This document shows, in pieces, positions 42,077 to 55,300 of a stretch of 64,000 bases of DNA; the stretch's first letter is position 1, and each line of letters begins with the position of its first letter. Source of the DNA: Octopus vulgaris (lineage: Eukaryota); assembly GCA_951406725.2 (NCBI GenBank), contig OX597823.1:77500001-77564000 (forward strand). The letters run 5' to 3'. The position numbers and the translations under genes are program-made. The notes beneath the pieces were generated by a model. That model was not told where the DNA came from and searched no databases. It saw nothing but the letters and a program-made list of their open reading frames with translations.

Positions 42077-42325
42077 ATATGGGAGAGTCATTTTCTTTTT
42101 GTGCCTTATGATGTAACACACTCACTGGTAAAATTTCCACTTATTTCTTATTTTTATTTTCCTAAAATTTTCGTTGCATCTTGCAACCTTTTCAATAGTC
42201 TTGACTCAAGACAATTGAGCTACATCATAAGGCACAAAAAGAAATTGACTCCCCAGACACAACAGAATATGCTTCAACATACGAAATCATATAAAGAATA
42301 TTGCAAACCAAATCCAAAAATGAAA
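42077..42325. mobile_element. Penelope-like insertion with internal inversion and 15-bp flanking direct repeat
   Basis: TAACTCATAAGGTGT at 42062-42076 and 42326-42340. Inverted arms of about 34 bp at 42081-42115 and 42221-42254. Junction hairpin GTCTTGA-C-TCAAGAC. Contains a hammerhead. Confidence 0.7.
42162..42198 (-). ncRNA. Minimal hammerhead ribozyme motif (U3-A8 core variant)
   Basis: Minus strand CTA-TTGAAAA-G-GTTGCA-AGA-TGCAAC-GAAAATTT-TAG: perfect 6-bp stem II, stem I CTA/TAG, palindromic AATT stem III. Confidence 0.7.
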
Positions 42326-42429
42326 TAACTCATAAGGTGTTTTACGGATCTCTTTCATCTGAATTCGAATTTTATAGGGTTCAATTCTGTTTTAATCCTT
42401 TCAGGGGTTGCCAAGATAGTGTTTCTGCT

Positions 42430-42715
42430 AGAAAGGGTGGATGGAGTGCGGTGGTATGGGTATGTGTTGAGGAGGGATGAGGAGCATGTTCTGAGGAGGG
42501 TGCTTGAGTTTGAAGCGAATGGACCGCAAAAGTGCGGTAGACCAAGGAAAACATGGATGGGACATGTGGAAGAGGAGATTGGGTGGGTAGGCTTGAGAAG
42601 GGAGGATGCCCCAAATCGGGCAAGATGGTGAGATGGTGTGAGGGCGGTTGCTATGGCATTGAGGTAGATCTGACCACTCCCGTTAACAGGAACAAAACCC
42701 AGATTTAAAACACTA

Positions 42716-42746
<31 letters not shown>
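42430..42746 (+). mobile_element. RTE-clade LINE 3' fragment
   Basis: ORF 42419-42631 contains GVRWYGYVLRRDEEHVLRRVLEFEANGPQKCGRPRKTW...DAPNRARW, followed by a (GAT)n tail. Confidence 0.9.
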
Positions 42747-42913
42747 TAAAGGTCAGCAGATTAGTGAAATTATCAGTGTCAAATGAGATGCTTTGCAGTA
42801 TTCATTTCTGGCTCTTTGTATTCTAAGTTCAAATCCTACCAAGATCGACTTTGTCTCTCTTCCTTTCAAGGTCCCATAAAATGAACTTTCCATCAGGCTG
42901 ACAAATCAGAGGA

Positions 42914-43240
42914 GTGAAGGTGTGTGGTTTATTGGTTCAGGTATTTGTGTGATGATTGCAAGGTTGTAAGTTCAATTCTTGGTGGCATACTGTGTCCCTG
43001 AGTAAGACACTTTACTTCATGTTGCTCCAGCCTACTCAACTGGCGAAAATGAGTTGTACCTGTAACTCAAAGAGCCGGCCTTGTTCATTTAGTACCCTGT
43101 TGAATCTTGCTGAGAACTTCATTATCGGTACACAAGTCTGTGGAGCGCTCAGTCACTTGCCCGTTAATTTCAAGGGCAGGCTGTTTTGTTGATCAGATTA
43201 ACTGGAACCATTATCACTGTAATCAACAAAATGCCATTGC
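42914..43240 (+). mobile_element. SINE family E
   Basis: Homologous to 2982-3310. Confidence 0.75.
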
Positions 43241-43498
43241 AACAGAGGAAGTGCAGAGTGTAAATGAAGCATCTTATTCTATTCATTCAACCTCTCAGAT
43301 TCTGAGTTCAAATCCTACTGATGAAAGATTTGTCATTTTGTCTTTTCAGAGGACAATGAAATATAGTTTCTGTCAAGGCTGGTAGATTGGTAGAATTATT
43401 TGAAATATAATTCTGTGTATATTAAGGGATATTTATCTCTCATTGGATTGGGTATTTCTTTTGCTGGACCTACCAATAATGGAACAGTTAACTATATG

Positions 43499-43538
<40 letters not shown>

Positions 43539-44549
43539 TTTCATTGTCTCCATACCTTGACATAGTGTGATAGCTGTAAATAAATGTTGTCATGCAACTG
43601 GTGTCTTTCATTTCCAATCTTCCATAAAAACATGTCTGGTCACAGGGAAATATTATCTTGCTTGGAAACAGATGGGGGTCGGTGGCAAGAAGAACATCTG
43701 GTCATAGAAAATCTGCCTCAAAGAATTCCATTTGATTCATGCAAGTATGGACAAGGGAATGTTAAATAATGACGATGATATTGGTGGCGACAGCGCTTGT
43801 GGTGGTGGCAGAAACAAATCCGATGATTAGAACTATGACGACATTAATTACAACAAAACAGTCATTAACTGTGAATAAAATAAATCGATGGAATACAGTA
43901 AAATGCCATGCAGAACCAGTAAACCAAAATTATGTTTTAGGTCACTATCAGATCATCTTAACCATGTTGCTTCAATGTTATCTTACACATAGAGACACAC
44001 GTCAATCAATCAAATTAAACAAGAATCCGAGGGAATAGTCGTGATGGCTAGCGGCTGTAAATGGTAAATGCAGAATGTTACATTTCTTATATTCCTTGGA
44101 GCAAATTAATTATTTCCATTTTGTGTATTTTCTCATAATTAAAGAAGTTATTTGTTCTCTTTCGTTAAATATGTGTAATGTGATAATTTAATTTTTCTCT
44201 CTTTCAACCTTGTACGTTTCTATTAATTCACATTTGTGTATTTCAGTTAAGACAACCTTTGTCGTTGTTGTTGTTGTTTTTGTTGTTGCTGTTGTTTTTA
44301 ACCCCAGGTTAAACAAAACTTGGTCAAGCAGAACTTTGATCAAACACATTCCAGCTGTGAACCATCCTTTATATTTTATTCATTTATGTTTATATGCTTT
44401 TTTTATTTCCAAAGCTTCATGCATTTAGGTTCACATCAAACGTATCATTCATCCTTTTTAAGATTATAGAATGTATGCTATGAGTAATAGTCTGCTGCTA
44501 TTGCTAGCTGGTTGAGTAGCCATGTAAAGGCTTCCTAATGTTTTGCATT

Positions 44550-44798
44550 ATCTTTTAGCTACTTTTACTTGTTTGAGTTATTGAACTATGGCCATGCTGG
44601 AGCATAGTCACACTTGAACAAACTGACCCCCAAGCTTATTTTACTTATCATTCTTTTAATTTCGGTATTTATTTTATTTGTCCCTTTTGCCAAACTGCTA
44701 AGTTGCAGGACAGTTAATAAACCAACACTGATTGTCAAATGATGACAGGGGACAAACACGTAGACACACACAAGCACATAGTAACACAAACACACAAC

Positions 44799-44836
<38 letters not shown>

Positions 44837-44990
44837 ACGACATGCTTCCATGCAGTTTCCACCTATCAAATTCACTCACAAGGAACTGGGTCAACCTGGG
44901 ACTATAGTAGAAGACACATGCCCAAGGTGCCACACAGTGGAACTGAACCTGAAACTACATGGTTACAAAGCTAGCTTCTTAGCCACACAT
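44550..44990 (-). mobile_element. SINE family A (diverged)
   Basis: CTATAGTAGAAGACACATGCCCAAGGTGCCACACAGTGGAACTGAACC plus the tail module. Confidence 0.75.
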
Positions 44991-45040
44991 TTATTAGTAG
45001 GTCTGTGAGTGAATGTCTGATATACAAGTGAGTGTCTGTA

Positions 45041-45258
45041 CAAAGGAGCACTGTAAAGTTCCTGGCTTTGAGGGCATCATTGAAAGGCCTGGTTGGCAGC
45101 CCAGCCTTCCGAGTTCTTTTAGCGAGTGTAGAAAAACTGAAGGGCCACTGCAATAAGTGTGTGAATCTGAGAGAGGAATGTGTTAAATAAAATTATAATT
45201 AACTGATTCTCTTGTATTTTCTTTTATCCAAAGCCAGGATCATTTCCATACCTCCTCA
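45041..45258 (+). mobile_element. mariner-derived MITE
   Basis: TA|CAAAGGAGCACTGTAAAGTTCCTGGCT ... AGCCAGGATCATTTCCATACCTCCTCA. Interior reads VEKLKGHCNKCVNLREECVK*. Confidence 0.7.
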
Positions 45259-45269
45259 TGTGTATGTAC

Positions 45270-45357
<88 letters not shown>

Positions 45358-45504
45358 GGTTATGAGAGATAATGGTGTTAGTGACACCCATAGGTGTCAG
45401 GTAATGCTGAATAAGTGCTATGGATAGACCATAGGTTAAGTTCCAGGTTCGGTGATTATGCGAATAAGGGGTCCAACATAAGTCATATATTAGTGTGTGT
45501 ATAT

Positions 45505-45630
45505 AAAATTTTTTTTTTCCATAATGAGATAAAAAAAACAAGGGTGTGTAGATTTTAGAACATTTAGAAATGTTCTAAAATCTACACAGCGTTGGTTTTT
45601 TTTATCTCATTACGGAAAAAAAAAAATCTT
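45505..45630. repeat. Palindrome built from two copies of the terminus of the 23135 element
   Basis: Perfect 21-bp arms at 45545-45565 and 45568-45588 around AG, extending imperfectly to about 60 bp per arm. The arm matches 23135-23193. Confidence 0.9.
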
Positions 45631-45639
45631 ACATATATA

Positions 45640-45850
45640 TAAGGAGATGCTGAAAAGTGCCTGGCTTTAAGGGTTCATGAAAGGCCTGGAGGTCAAACCT
45701 GCTGAGTTCTTATTTTATACAGGGTGTAGAAAAACTGAAGGACTGCTGCAATAAGTGTGCAAATATGAGAGGGGAATATGTTCAATAAAATCATAATGAA
45801 CTGAACATACCGTATTTTCTTTTACCCAGAGCCAGGAACTTTTATAGCAT
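45640..45850 (+). mobile_element. mariner-derived MITE
   Basis: GCTGAAAAGTGCCTGGCT ... AGCCAGGAACTTTT. Interior reads GVEKLKDCCNKCANMRGEYVQ*. Confidence 0.75.
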
Positions 45851-46328
45851 GTGTCTATGGATGGGTGTGTGAATACGTGCATGCACTTTTGTGTGTAATT
45901 CATTCATTCTTTCAAAGAATCACTCATCAATGCATTATTTTTAGGTGCCAATGGCCTGACCAAGCAAAAATGTGTGAGAATCATTAGGTGTGTATGTGTG
46001 TGAATATCGGATTGCTTAAGTGCATAGAGTGTGTCTACATATGATCACTAATAATTGGAGTTTACAGATACTGCATGTGTCTAAGCTTCTAACTCTACCA
46101 ATTCTGGAAGCCTACCATCCCGTAACCAATGTACACATATGACTCATAATTCGCTATGAACCTTGCACATTCCTGACAGCCAAACCACTAAGAGAAGGTT
46201 ATGATTCTTTCAATGATCTACATGTGAAGGATATTCCAATATGTACTTTTACTGAAATACCAGCTTTGATGGTAAAGTGCTTTTATAGATTTCTGATTTG
46301 TGCAGAATGCAGTATATGTGTGTGTGTA

Positions 46329-46433
<105 letters not shown>

Positions 46434-46600
46434 GTGTATGTATACACATAAAGAAAGAAAGAGATAGATAGATGGACAGACAGACAGATAGATTGATTGG
46501 TAGATATAAGAGTGTGTATGCATGTGAGTATGTGAATGTAGATATATATATATATATATATATGAATGTATGTATATATATGTGTGTTTCTGTGTGTGTA

Positions 46601-46652
<52 letters not shown>

Positions 46653-47265
46653 TATGAATGTATGTATGTGTATATATATATAAATGAATATATGTATGGA
46701 TGAATATATGTATGTATATATATATGTAAATATGTATGTATATATATGTATATATGTACGTTTATATATATGTATATATATATGTATGTATCTATTTAAA
46801 TATATATTATATATATATATATATATACATATATATACATATTCATATTATATGAATGTAACATGGATATATATATATATATCATTAAATTAATGTATAT
46901 TTGGATATATCTATATATGTATGGTGGTGGATGAATGTATGCACCTAAGATGGAAGAGCATTGTTGAATATGACAGAATTATATCTACCTATACACATAA
47001 ATATGTATAGTCTAACAGAAGGAAAGTGGGTGTATACCTGGTGAAGATCAAGGTTTTATCTTGTAATTCTCTTTACCACTACTAGACCCATTTTGAGAAT
47101 GCATAAATATCATCAGAGAAATGGTTGAATGAACAATGTCTGCTATACTTCAATTTAGTCCTTGCTACATGATCACTGACATTATGTGACCTTCTTCTTG
47201 TTGATCAGCCTCATCTAGGGCACTTGTTGATATCTGTGAAATCTTCTTTACTTCTTTCAGCTCAT

Positions 47266-47365
<100 letters not shown>

Positions 47366-47691
47366 AATAGAAAGAAAGACAGGCAGATATGCATATATAT
47401 CCTTACTTTTCTGTTGCTGTTTCTTTATTGCTCTCTCTGTCTCTCTCTCTCTTTATATACATATGTGTCTATATTTATCTATATTCATCCATGTGTATGT
47501 GTGTATATATATATATACATATATATATGTTGGCATGTAAAGTATATATGTATATACATGTATATGTACGTATGCATATATATATATGTGTGTGAGTGTA
47601 TGTATGTATGTATGTATGTATGTATGTATACATACATATGCACATACATACATCGATATATATATATATATATATCAGGAGTAGCTGTGTA

Positions 47692-48005
47692 GGCACACGA
47701 GTGGTTGTGTTGTAAGTAGCTTGCTTACCAGCCACATGGGTCCGGGTTCAGTCCTACTGCATGGCACTTTGGGTAAGTGTCTTCTGCTATAGCCTTGGGC
47801 CAACCAAGGGTTTGGTAGACAGAAATTGAAAGAAGCCCATTATATATGTATGTGTGTATGTATTTATACCCCCAAATACATCTCCATAACACAGTGGTTC
47901 AGCAAAGAGACTAGGCTTACAACGACTAAGTCCTAGTATCGATTTGTTCGACTGAAGGTGGTGCTCCAGCATGGCCACTGTCAAATGACTGACACAAGTA
48001 AAAGG
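47692..48005 (+). mobile_element. SINE family A (internally deleted)
   Basis: Head GTAAGTAGCTTGCTTACCAGCCACATGGGTCCGGGTTCAGTCC and tail GGTGCTCCAGCATGGCC. Confidence 0.8.
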
Positions 48006-48008
48006 GGA

Positions 48009-48044
<36 letters not shown>

Positions 48045-48388
48045 TATATAAATCTTGCCTTGTATCTGCTACTACACCTTCCTCTATCTGTGTTTGTTTG
48101 TACCTCCTACAATCTGTTCATACTCTCAACCTTTCTCTCACAGTCAGGCTTACACCCTCTCTATACACATCTCTCTCTCTCTTTTCTCTCTCCCTTTGTT
48201 TCCTCAAATGTAGTTTTGACTCATTGAAAGAGGAAATCCACTTTCTGCTCTGTATTTCTCTTTCAAATTTAGTTGATATTTTCCTTCTTTAATTTTTCCA
48301 TTTGCATTTCTTTCCTCCCTTTTCTTCAATATTGATTTTTCCCACCAAATATAACAGCTGTTAAACATTCCCAATATCTCTGACAGTG

Positions 48389-48445
<57 letters not shown>

Positions 48446-48860
48446 GTATATATGTGCGTGTGTGTGAATGCATGCATGATTTTATGTATCTATGTATATA
48501 TATGTGTATTTAAATGTATGTATAAGTGTATGCATATGTGTGAGCATTTGTATGTATGTTTTTTCTGGATTATGAGTATATGCATGTATTGGTATTTGTA
48601 TGTATGTGAATTAATAGGTACATGTGTACATGGTTATAAAGTTATATGGGTATGTATATATATATGTGTGTGTGTGTGTATATATATATACATACACTGT
48701 AATCTCAATACATCTGTCTACCTATATATCAATCTATATGTATACATATAATATATACATACAGATATGTATACACATATATATAGACATACAGATACGT
48801 ATACATACATATATATATATATATACATACGTGTGTGTGTGTATGGATGGATGGATCAAT

Positions 48861-48915
<55 letters not shown>

Positions 48916-49081
48916 TAGATAGATAGATATACATGCACACATATATGTATATAAGTATGTATGTGTATTTCTATGTGTGTGTGAAGTAATGGATGTATGT
49001 GTAGAAGGTAATGTTTATGTGTATGTGTGTTTTGTGCCCCTCTCTCTCTATCTATCTATTTATTTCCCTCTTTCTCTCTCC

Positions 49082-49118
<37 letters not shown>

Positions 49119-49698
49119 CACTGAAAAAGAGAGAGCTTATAGCTGTGTGTTTATATGTATCTGCATCTGTATGTATATATATGTACATGTTTTAATCTTT
49201 TTCTCCAACCAATCGTTACTTAAACAATTTATATACCTCCCCACTTCTTTGTTGGTAAATGCTTCAATACATATATGTGTATGTGTAAGTATATACATGC
49301 ATGCATGTATTTATAAGTATGTATATATACACACATATATATATGCAAACATCTATGTATATATATACACACACAGAAATTTTACAAAACACAAATGCAT
49401 ACATACATAACACACATACACACACACACAGAGGTTATCCTACACAAACATGAGCCCAGAAAACACACACATGCACACACACATATATTTTCATACACAC
49501 ACATGTTGACATACATAAATTTTACATACAAAATACAAACACATAATATACAATTCACAGAAGTGTGATTCTATCTAAGCATAAGCCAAGACCACATGCA
49601 TAGAGAAACATACATATTTACCACAGAATCACACACTAATCTTTAGCTGAACACACACACACACATACACATACACACACATACACATACACACGCAT

Positions 49699-49732
<34 letters not shown>

Positions 49733-50165
49733 ACATATACACACGCACATTTTCTACAGATGTAACATGAGCAATATGTCAACCGAGATAATTCAAATTT
49801 TCCTCGTTCGCTTAGCTACTATATTGACCAATAATAAGATTCTAAAGAGTGGGTCATGAAGACACCCAAACGCCCTTCCTGGAGTTTGAACCCTAATATG
49901 GTTAAAGGAGGAATTATACGCCATTAAGGATTTATATGCCATTGAGGATTTACATTAAATTACCGGGATAGTACTACAGTTCTTATGTTTGACTGGCTCC
50001 ATTAAGCATGTATGTATATGCATATAAATATATTTAAATATAGTTATTATCAGCTTTTCAGTTATCCATAGAATTGCTATCTGACCCCTCCCTCCCACCT
50101 TTGTTTGCTACTCTCTTTTCTTTCTGTGCCATCTCATGCATATTTCTCTGCTTACATTTCTCTCT

Positions 50166-50204
<39 letters not shown>

Positions 50205-50229
50205 ACTCATACACATATATGTATGTGTG

Positions 50230-50291
<62 letters not shown>

Positions 50292-50480
50292 TATATATAT
50301 GTATATAATATATATATGTATATATATGTATATAATATATACACGTATATATATGTATATTCATGCACAGCAGCACATCCCTTTATATATATGTATGTAT
50401 ATATATGTATATACATGTGTATATATATATATATATACATACATATATATATGTATATATATATATATGTGTATATATAT

Positions 50481-50508
50481 GGATGTTTTGCGTTCTTGTC
50501 CCATTTTG

Positions 50509-50557
<49 letters not shown>

Positions 50558-50568
50558 AAGGGAAGTAT

Positions 50569-50619
<51 letters not shown>

Positions 50620-50646
50620 CAAAATGGGACAAGAAGCAAAACATCC

Positions 50647-50693
<47 letters not shown>

Positions 50694-50704
50694 AAGGGAA
50701 GTAT

Positions 50705-50712
<8 letters not shown>
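50481..50712. repeat. A-B-A'(inverted)-B mosaic of short unique blocks in a (TA)n array
   Basis: GGATGTTTTGCGTTCTTGTCCCATTTTGTATTTTA (50481-50515) is inverted at about 50613-50646. ACACAAAGGGAAGTATTGTGTG is a direct repeat at about 50553 and 50688. Confidence 0.9.
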
Positions 50713-50779
<67 letters not shown>

Positions 50780-51575
50780 TCAGAGATGCACACTTACAAA
50801 TGTGCATGCAATACATCCATTTGTGTGTGTGTGTGTGTGTATCTATGCATAAGTCTATCTGTGTTTATTCTGTATGACTTTCTTTTGTGCAACACAGCTT
50901 TAAATCTAAACAATAACAAACTTGAAGGGGATTATATATATGTTTGCTCACTTTCCATGCTCCTGTTCTTAATAACAACAACAACAACAACAGCAACAAC
51001 AGCAACAGCAGCATAAACAAAACATTTCCTAAACACCTTTGTTTAAAAAAAAAAAAAAACTTTTTTTTCTCTAAATCCTAAATCCATTTACTTTCAGACT
51101 CTTCTCCAATCATGTCTCCTTGTTTTATTCTTAGCAAACAACAAAGGGTCTTTCCCCACATGTTACATAATTTCCTTACCCTAACACCCTTTCCAATTTT
51201 CTTCCCTTTTTATCTGATCCTTGAATAGATTGAAGCCAAGTCTGTTGCATACACTTCTCCTCCTACACAAGGGATTATCTGGAGTTGTTTTTGTTTTTTG
51301 TTTTGTTTTTTTTTCTGTTATGTCCACGTGTTTCATATTTAAGATAGCTTCTACTTAAGTTGTCTTATACTTATGTTTTTTTAATTCTTATGTTATGTTG
51401 TTGTTCTAATCCTCTCCATTGAAATCAAAGCCATGAAAACTTGGACCTGTGCACGCAAAAAAACATGCACGCACACACACACACACACACACATACATAC
51501 ACACACATATACACACACTGATATACGGACAAGTTCACAAACATCAAACAAGTCTTTGTGTGTGTGCTTCTATGC

Positions 51576-51612
<37 letters not shown>

Positions 51613-51706
51613 TGTACGATATAGATACAAATATATATATATACCACGTGTGTACCGTTGGCGATTTTTTTTCTCTGTCTTCCCTTCTCTGGATCTTTCC
51701 TTCTAT

Positions 51707-51741
51707 GTTTCCGACGAAGAGCTCCGTTCGAAACATTAAAC
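51707..51741 (+). ncRNA. Minimal hammerhead motif (U4C core) in a Penelope-like remnant (about 51643-51842)
   Basis: GTTT-CCGACGA-A-GAGC-TCC-GTTC-GAAACATTA-AAC. The segment is flanked on both sides by (TA)n. Confidence 0.6.
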
Positions 51742-51896
51742 CCCATTTCTTTCGTTCTTTCCTGACCGTCCAATAATACTATATTTGTTCCACGACCTCG
51801 CGTTGTTGTGTTTTTTTGTGCTTTCTTGTTTGGATTAACTTTATATATATATAGATACGGATATATTTATATATATATATATGTATATAGATATGG

Positions 51897-51955
<59 letters not shown>

Positions 51956-52668
51956 TATTTTTTTCATCATCATCATCATTTAACGTCCGTTTTCCATGCT
52001 AGCATGGGTTATGCGTATATATATGTGTGTGTACGTTTATGTGTAGTTATGTGTGTATATATATTTCGTTGTTTACGTGCATTGTTGTGGGGAGGTTAGC
52101 ACACATCCTTAATGAATTTGAATTAAACATAGTAGCATAAATAAAAATTGCTAAATAAGTCTTCTTGTTACTGTTTAACCCTAGGTCACACCAGATGGGG
52201 TAAAACCATGACCAGGTGTACCCTATTCATAACTGGTCTATCTTCACTTTTATCTGGGTCTATAATATATCATATTTTTATATATGCCTTTTTTTCTTTT
52301 GATGCAAAAGTGTGACTTGACTGCTACTTTTAGCATTTCCAGAGACTATGCTAAAACTCTCATATTGGTTCATTAGCCTGTATGATCACTCTCATAATGT
52401 ATAACATTAGATCAGCATTTCTCAACCGGGGTTCAATAAAAATGTTTCTAGGGGTTTCATGAGAAAGAGTGAGATAGGCTAAACACAGACACAAATGCAC
52501 ACACATACACAGACACAAATATATATCAATGTCGTGATTAACCTTATTTGTTATATGTATACATATAAGGTTTATACCATGTTCTTTCTATAAAACAATA
52601 CTCAGCTACTAAGCTCTGTACACTTAACACATAAAAGCATTAAAGTGTAATGGTATATCTTTTTTCTA

Positions 52669-52747
52669 CCTCCAACAAGTTCCAACTTTATAATGAATTA
52701 AATATCTTAATTAATTTCTAAAGTTTGAATCGAAACAGCTGTCAGAG
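52669..52747 (+). ncRNA. Decayed hammerhead motif with long stem II and a GUC site (element about 52530-52930)
   Basis: CCAACAA-GTTCCAACTTTA...TAAAGTTTGAATC-GAAAC-AGCT-GTC-AGAG. CCAACAA equals CCGACGA after two CpG transitions. Confidence 0.55.
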
Positions 52748-52943
52748 ATTATGTCTAATTTTGTAATTAATTAATCGATTTATCTCAATTTTCTTACATA
52801 AATATAAACCTTGGTTTATCTAATTACCTTATTTATCAATATTAAATATAATATTCAAAATAAATAATAGGTAATAAACCAGTAAATTCATGGATTTGAT
52901 TTATGAGGTATTTAACCTTTAATTGAACTATATATATCTATAT

Positions 52944-52984
<41 letters not shown>

Positions 52985-52985
<1 letters not shown>

Positions 52986-53455
52986 ACGACAGACTTCTTT
53001 CAGTTTCCATCTAACAAATCCACTCATAAGGCTTTGGTTGGCTCAAGACTATAGTAGAAGACACTTACCCAAGGTGCCACACAGTGGGACTGAACCAGGA
53101 ACCATGTGGTTAGGAAGCAAGCTTCTTTTGTTCCTTCTCAAGCCATGCCTGGCTCATAAGGGCCAGTTTCCCTGTTTCCTTGGCGTATAGGTTCCCCACC
53201 TGGATGGGACGCCGGTCCATCACAGGTGAGCTGCAAGATGCAGGAAGAAAGAGTGAGAGAAAGTTGTGGCGAAAAAGTCAGCAGAAGTTCGCCATTACCT
53301 TCTGCCGGAGCCGCATGGAGCTTAGGTGTTTCACTCATAAACATACACATTGCCCGGTCTGAGATTCGAACCCGCGATCCCTCGACTGCTAGTCCACTGC
53401 TATAACCACTAGGCCATGTGCCTCTACAAGCAAGCTTCTTACCACACAGCCATAC
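52985..53455 (-). mobile_element. SINE family A head with nested family B SINE (53128-53427)
   Basis: 13-bp TSD AAGCAAGCTTCTT at 53115-53127 and 53428-53440. Confidence 0.9.
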
Positions 53456-54871
53456 ATGATATATATATATATACATATATTTTTGTAAATGGAGAATGGA
53501 TTTATTTTAAAAGTATTGAAAAGAAAACAAAACTGTTGTCTGGTCTTAGTTTTTTCCTGTTTTATCTTAAATCTATTTTCATATTTCTTTGTTGGTCTGC
53601 AAATTTAATCTCCCAAACAAACTGCACTAAACTCATAAGGCTGCAGGAAAATATATGTTTACTTACAGAGTCACAGACATGGCTGTGTAGATAAGATTCT
53701 TGCTCTCCAACCATGTAGTCTTGAATTCACCGACCTTACGTGACACCTTCTATTTATAACCTTGGGTCAACTGAAGTCTTCTGATGAATTTGGTAGATGG
53801 AAACTGGAATCAGTTTGGCATATATATATTCTTTTATTCTTGAACTAGTTTCAGTCATTTGACTGCAGCCATGCTGGAGCACTGCCTTAAAGGGTTTTAG
53901 TAGAAGAAATCAAACCCAGGACTTATTCTTTGTAATCCTAGTACTTATTCTGTCAGTCTCTTTTGCTGAACTGCTAAGTTACTGGGACACCATACCAGCC
54001 TCTCCACTCCATGCAACTGATGTCCAAGGAAAAGGCAAAGGCAGACACAACAAGGCACCAGTAATGTCAGAACTCATTTCTACAGCCAAGTGAACTGGGA
54101 CAAAAGCACAACACACAGCTAGGTCCAGGAATTGAACTCACAACCTCATGTGTGCAAGCCCGCTGCTCTAACAACCGAGCCATACAAACGAGGTTTGTGT
54201 TTGTGTGTATCCTTGTTTTTACATCATGTGTTGGTTATTAACAGGCATCACCATCATACAAGCAACATTGTTTGTTTCTAGTCTTTTATGAAAAACACAT
54301 CTGACCATAGAGAAAAACTGTCTTACTTGGGAACAGGTGAGATTTCCATGCAAGGTAATACAGAGTGACAGAAAGGGTGTCAAGCCTTAGAAAATCAGCC
54401 TCAACAAATTTTGTCTGCAAGCATGGAAAAGAGGACATTAAATAATTATGATGATGACATAAAGAGAGAGAATCATTTCATTTCGTAGAAGGATTGCATT
54501 CATGAACTGTTTGCAACAGTGTGTGTTTCTATAACATTTAATGTATTTTCTCGTTGACTTCCATGTTCCCTCTTATCCATGTAACATAGAAGTAAATGGT
54601 AATATAAGTTTTGCGTTATAAAAATCCACGTTATTGATAGATTTGCAGAGCTTAATGTTTCCATACATCAGAATGTTTGTTGCCATGTTCATTGCTATCT
54701 TTATTTCTGTATTTGTTTATGTGCAGGCATGTAATTTTTCATTGATACTGAAAAACAAAAAATGAACAGCAAAATTGACCTGTTGATTTGAATGAATTCA
54801 GGACCCATTACCGCAATGCATAAAAATCCAACACTCTACAAATTCTGTCTAGTCCCCATTTTATATGTATT

Positions 54872-55300
54872 CATCATCATCATCATCATCACCATCATCA
54901 TCATCATCGTTTAACGTCCGCTTTCCATGCTAGCATGGGTTGGACGATTTGACTGAGGACTGGCAAACCAGATGGCTGCACCAGGCTCCAATCTTGATTT
55001 GGCAGAGTTTCTACAGCTGGATGCCCTTCCTATAACCAACCACTCTGAGAGTGTAGTGGGTGCTTTTACGTGCCACTGACACGAGGGCCAGTCAGGGGGT
55101 ACTGGCAACGGCAATGGTAAAATCATGTCACCTGCACACTGGCACGAATGCCAGTAAGGCGACGCTGGTAATGATCACGCCCGAATGGTACTTTTTATGT
55201 GCCACTGGCACGAACGTCATTTAGCCAGTCTGGCAGCAATGACACTCGGATGGTGCTCTTAGTGCTCCACTAGCACGGATGCCAGTCATCGAATTTGATT
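54872..55300 (-). mobile_element. RTE-related family C element with expanded internal repeats
   Basis: (CAT)n tail, TTTAACGTCCGCTTTCCATGCTAGCATGGG, GGATGCCCTTCC and repeated GTGCCACTGGCACGAA modules. Confidence 0.8.
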
